This document shows positions 46,501-48,323 of a stretch of 48,323 bases of DNA, in pieces. The stretch is from a virus. Taxonomy: Duplodnaviria; Heunggongvirae; Uroviricota; Caudoviricetes. Every line of letters starts with the position of its first letter. Position 1 is the first letter of the stretch. The position numbers and the translations under genes were made by a program. The notes below the pieces were generated by a model that did no database searches, was not told the origin of the DNA, and saw only the letters and a list, made by a program, of their open reading frames with translations. The DNA lies in IMG/VR virus record IMGVR_UViG_3300031419_000007; one strand, written 5' to 3'.

Positions 46501-47099
46501 AGACGGCGTCGAGCAGTACGCTGCGGGGTCGCGACATGGAGTCTTCGGCCTTCATCGACTACGAGTTCGACGGCGAGACGCCAGATCCAATCGTGAACGC
46601 TGATCCGCGTAACACCAACACGTCTCCGACGCCAGGTGCTCCAATTACCAGCGATGAGAATGCGGCCAAGAGTCTGCCGGCCACGCCAACCGTTCTGCCT
46701 AAACTAGGTAAGCGGTGCTCGGTAGGCGTACTGGATTCGTCTTCACAGTCGATTCTGGCTTCCTGTCACCCGGATCTGATTAAGGTCGTGATGAAAGTCA
46801 TCGAGACCCGCCCTGTGGTCGTCACCAGCGGTTACCGCTCTGACGCCAAGCAGCAAGCCCTCGAGAATGACGCGTCGTCTTACGCTCAAGGTGCTGGCAA
46901 CGGTTCCCGTCACCGTAAGTACCCGTCATGGGCGGTGGACATGGTGCCGTGTAACGATCTGCATGCATCTTCACGTGCGGTGATGAGTAACTTCGCCCAG
47001 TACGTGCTGCAAGTCGGGAACTCACTCGGCATCAAGCTGCGTTGGGGTGGAAACTTCTCAACCTATGATCCGGTGCACTTCGACTTAGGCCTCGGTTAA
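43581..47099 (+). CDS. Baseplate hub-like protein with an inserted GH24 lysozyme and a C-terminal M15 peptidase
   Basis: Hub-like FRVYVEGVEIP...VLFDGVI and FNPFIIPGYP...VNHSI; lysozyme AEG..RLYDD...TIGVGH...QFDALVDLTFNVG...GLVTRR; M15 CHPDL...SGYRS...SRH...AVD...WGGNF..DPVHF. Confidence 0.82.
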   Translation: MRLENNLGGDNIYTNFRVYVEGVEIPFSSANISNSYGGLPTATVYVAPWRGFTEITKGYFPKIQIFYRDFNQGLAPYDVKRLISTIPDIEGAEERLENAKETFNKVERNAYKVLFDGVIASVQDSKSLGGDGGQSSMAFNCVHPHYLLNEILFKFIGTNPETETAKDSAFGIMVDGGNVGSVFAIEQALAGVHEPRDNDKTLEAGGSDTSVLSEGMQDNYWRLQGMPGVIVAMWNSLKRSAYSAASQEDKSIMTKMYIPLLEDGLKYFNRMTGHPVIEGAIQKDAQISPTPAPTVTQTAESNTTPTGKLPEPPKGTLGQKFMSDKGKKELIEFAEGRRYRLYDDATGKEITFAADAVGTPTIGVGHAVKKTDTTYDKVTLSDLDIDKLLSQDVASATQAVNNLGLTLSQGQFDALVDLTFNVGPGAKGGKDGALWQASGEPSTIVRLITEGNTQGAADGFLAWTKAGGSVSQGLVTRRSRDRSFFLDAPLPSSQELANQAAAAKGTTEEMSNNNGKLVPANLNGLMPRAMAEQLLHIMSNDLMSGGTGEVTSFGSFIQQFLQIIEYDHVIMNSPAVLGIAGRREVIDHVFKPKMFAYYSPICNVILPHMYESMSVNLGTDQVPSRVIYNAMPFQADSAMNATTDVFAHNFIAPHSVRKALANGGNLSKTLLPMRATPGKYEWASGVRTADGNLPFWYSVLSQQSESANVGDLADKDTGARLKAAWLKLYPEDPNLNPWDVTLAGINAYERLFFTGVDVEYSNIYSSARSGVVDGVFNPFIIPGYPMDVVDPSPLRESYHGFCTSVNHSIDASGYSSTNVGMSSAYTFSELATCYIPGTYPWLLAQLKMDENLKMYGNTPAFQRACQYYVDVLGVGAADPTILEAYSTGKPIPVKRNMGVWEIGGSEAVNDPSRPTLYTTTLGNLNLVARNISTLLDVQMEHSVLAETFVDIDMWNQGSPTVEEVRKGPWVNDGKTASSSTLRGRDMESSAFIDYEFDGETPDPIVNADPRNTNTSPTPGAPITSDENAAKSLPATPTVLPKLGKRCSVGVLDSSSQSILASCHPDLIKVVMKVIETRPVVVTSGYRSDAKQQALENDASSYAQGAGNGSRHRKYPSWAVDMVPCNDLHASSRAVMSNFAQYVLQVGNSLGIKLRWGGNFSTYDPVHFDLGLG

Positions 47100-47112
47100 G
47101 GGTATAAGAGAT

Positions 47113-47403
47113 ATGGCTCAATACAGTGACATTTTGACCTACCCTGAAGGACTTCCGGCCCAGCTGCCGGAGTCCCAGGTGGTGGACCCAGATGCGAATC
47201 TGGTAGAAACCGACAAGATGAACGTCGTTCGGCGTTTTAACAACATGATCCCAACGGTGCTGATCTCTGACCAGCGTCTCTCGACGACCTCGAATGCAAA
47301 GGACTGCTTCGTGTACCGTCGGAATTCGCTCAAGCTGCAGCAACTGATGGTGGATTACTCGTACAACGTCGTGCGGGCGTTCAATTTAACTCAAGAGGTG
47401 TAA
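47113..47403 (+). CDS. Hypothetical protein (96 aa)
   Basis: Fills the space between the hub and sigma genes. Confidence 0.7.
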   Translation: MAQYSDILTYPEGLPAQLPESQVVDPDANLVETDKMNVVRRFNNMIPTVLISDQRLSTTSNAKDCFVYRRNSLKLQQLMVDYSYNVVRAFNLTQEV

Positions 47404-47404
47404 C

Positions 47405-48106
47405 ATGAATGATTTAGGCGACAAGGATCTCGAGCTGTTCCACGCGTGGAAGAACACCGGGGACAAGAAGGCTCTGAAGAACCTGGTGAACAACCTGAAG
47501 CCAATCATCCAGAGTGAGACGACGAAGCTCTCTGGAAGCTTGCCTGCCTCGGCCTTGAAAGGTGAAGTCGTCTCCTGGACGATTCGTGCCATCAAGGATT
47601 ACGATCCGAGCAAGGGCACCAAGCTGTCGACCCACGTCTATAACTGGACGCGTAAGGCCAAGCGCCTGAACTACACGTACCAGAACCTGGCGAACATGGG
47701 CGAAGACAAACAGCTGCAGTACGGCAAGTACAACCTCGCGGTGACCAACCTTGAGGATGAACATGGCCGGGAACCGACCAACAAGGAAATTGGCCAACGG
47801 CTGGGCTGGTCGGAGAAAGAAGTCGAGAAGTATAAAGGCCTGATCTTCCAGGATCACTTTGAGTCCGGCAATCTGTACTCTGCCGAGCACTCACGGTTCA
47901 ACTCGGACCCGCTGAAACTAAACTACATTAGAGACAAGCTGACCCCGGACGAACTGAAGATCCTTGATGGACGAGCGAATAAGATCCCTGCGGGTGATAT
48001 CGCTCAGTCCCTCAACATGAACATCAACCAGTACAACTATGCGTCCGGTAAGCTGACAAGTAAAGTGCAGCAACTACTATCGGAGTATGGAACGTGGGAC
48101 AATTAA
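47405..48106 (+). CDS. Phage sigma-70-family factor (FliA/SigB-like; putative late sigma)
   Basis: Region 2 GDKKALKNLV...AIKDYDPSKGTKLSTHVYNW; region 3 LEDEHGREPTNKEIGQRLGWS; degenerate region 4. Confidence 0.85.
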   Translation: MNDLGDKDLELFHAWKNTGDKKALKNLVNNLKPIIQSETTKLSGSLPASALKGEVVSWTIRAIKDYDPSKGTKLSTHVYNWTRKAKRLNYTYQNLANMGEDKQLQYGKYNLAVTNLEDEHGREPTNKEIGQRLGWSEKEVEKYKGLIFQDHFESGNLYSAEHSRFNSDPLKLNYIRDKLTPDELKILDGRANKIPAGDIAQSLNMNINQYNYASGKLTSKVQQLLSEYGTWDN

Positions 48107-48323
48107 CCGACATCCCTGGACTGGTCAAACAGCATTTCGAAAAGGTTTCGGGCTACTTCGGTAGCCTTTCGGGGTTCTTTGGGGACCCCGAGTCTCCTCC
48201 GAAAGACGCCAAAGACGCTATCCAGGGTGTGGACCTCTCAGGTCTGCGAAGAGCAATCCAGAGTCGTGTAAACGGCTCTGCCTCCACCGCCAATGCCGCC
48301 CTTTTAGATTCCTTTCGTAACAT
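48094..48323 (+). CDS. Hypothetical protein, 3'-truncated by the window edge
   Basis: GTG at 48094 with GGAG 8 nt upstream; frame open to the end of the window (MGQLTDIPGLVKQHF...). Confidence 0.6.
   Translation, partial: MGQLTDIPGLVKQHFEKVSGYFGSLSGFFGDPESPPKDAKDAIQGVDLSGLRRAIQSRVNGSASTANAALLDSFRN

Larger units (their letters stand above)
1..48323. mobile_element. Segment of a large myovirus genome (virion morphogenesis region plus two accessory operons)
   Basis: Capsid, terminase, sheath, tube, tape measure, spike/PAAR and baseplate hub genes; tight ATGA/TGATG overlaps; many UUCG/GAAA-loop terminators; no integrase or host housekeeping genes seen. Confidence 0.95.

Noticed and set aside
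1-48323. CRISPR arrays, tRNA/rRNA genes, integrase, transposase, introns/inteins, portal gene
   Set aside because: None recognised by eye; portal, baseplate wedge and tail fibre genes probably lie outside the window

Overview
The whole window is part of a large lytic tailed-phage genome (contractile-tailed myovirus, enterobacterial-like codon usage); I cannot name the phage. Most of it is the + strand virion morphogenesis region: head and internal proteins carrying a recurring [LIMFV]-x-K-x-A motif, a putative prohead protease, scaffold-like proteins, the major capsid protein, three Ig-like proteins sharing an N-terminal anchor domain (one 2689 aa), a T4 gpT-like holin, neck proteins, tail sheath and tube, spike and PAAR tip, large terminase, a tail chaperone with a -1 frameshift, tape measure, a baseplate hub with two peptidoglycan hydrolase domains, and a sigma-70-family factor. 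Two minus-strand non-structural operons interrupt this region and share one promoter motif. The one at 30643-35319 is the main finding: a complete phage-encoded ubiquitin-like conjugation cassette of the PRTRC type (tandem di-Ubl ending in GTKG, two unknown proteins, E2 family D, JAB/MPN protease, ThiF/E1), with a terminator right after the Ubl gene. Other observations: three unannotated micropeptides sharing EE[DN]W[GD]V, a stand-alone protein containing the RNA polymerase beta-prime zinc site, a candidate late promoter YTAAAMTA, and a candidate origin. All product calls come from motif recognition and gene order, not database searches.
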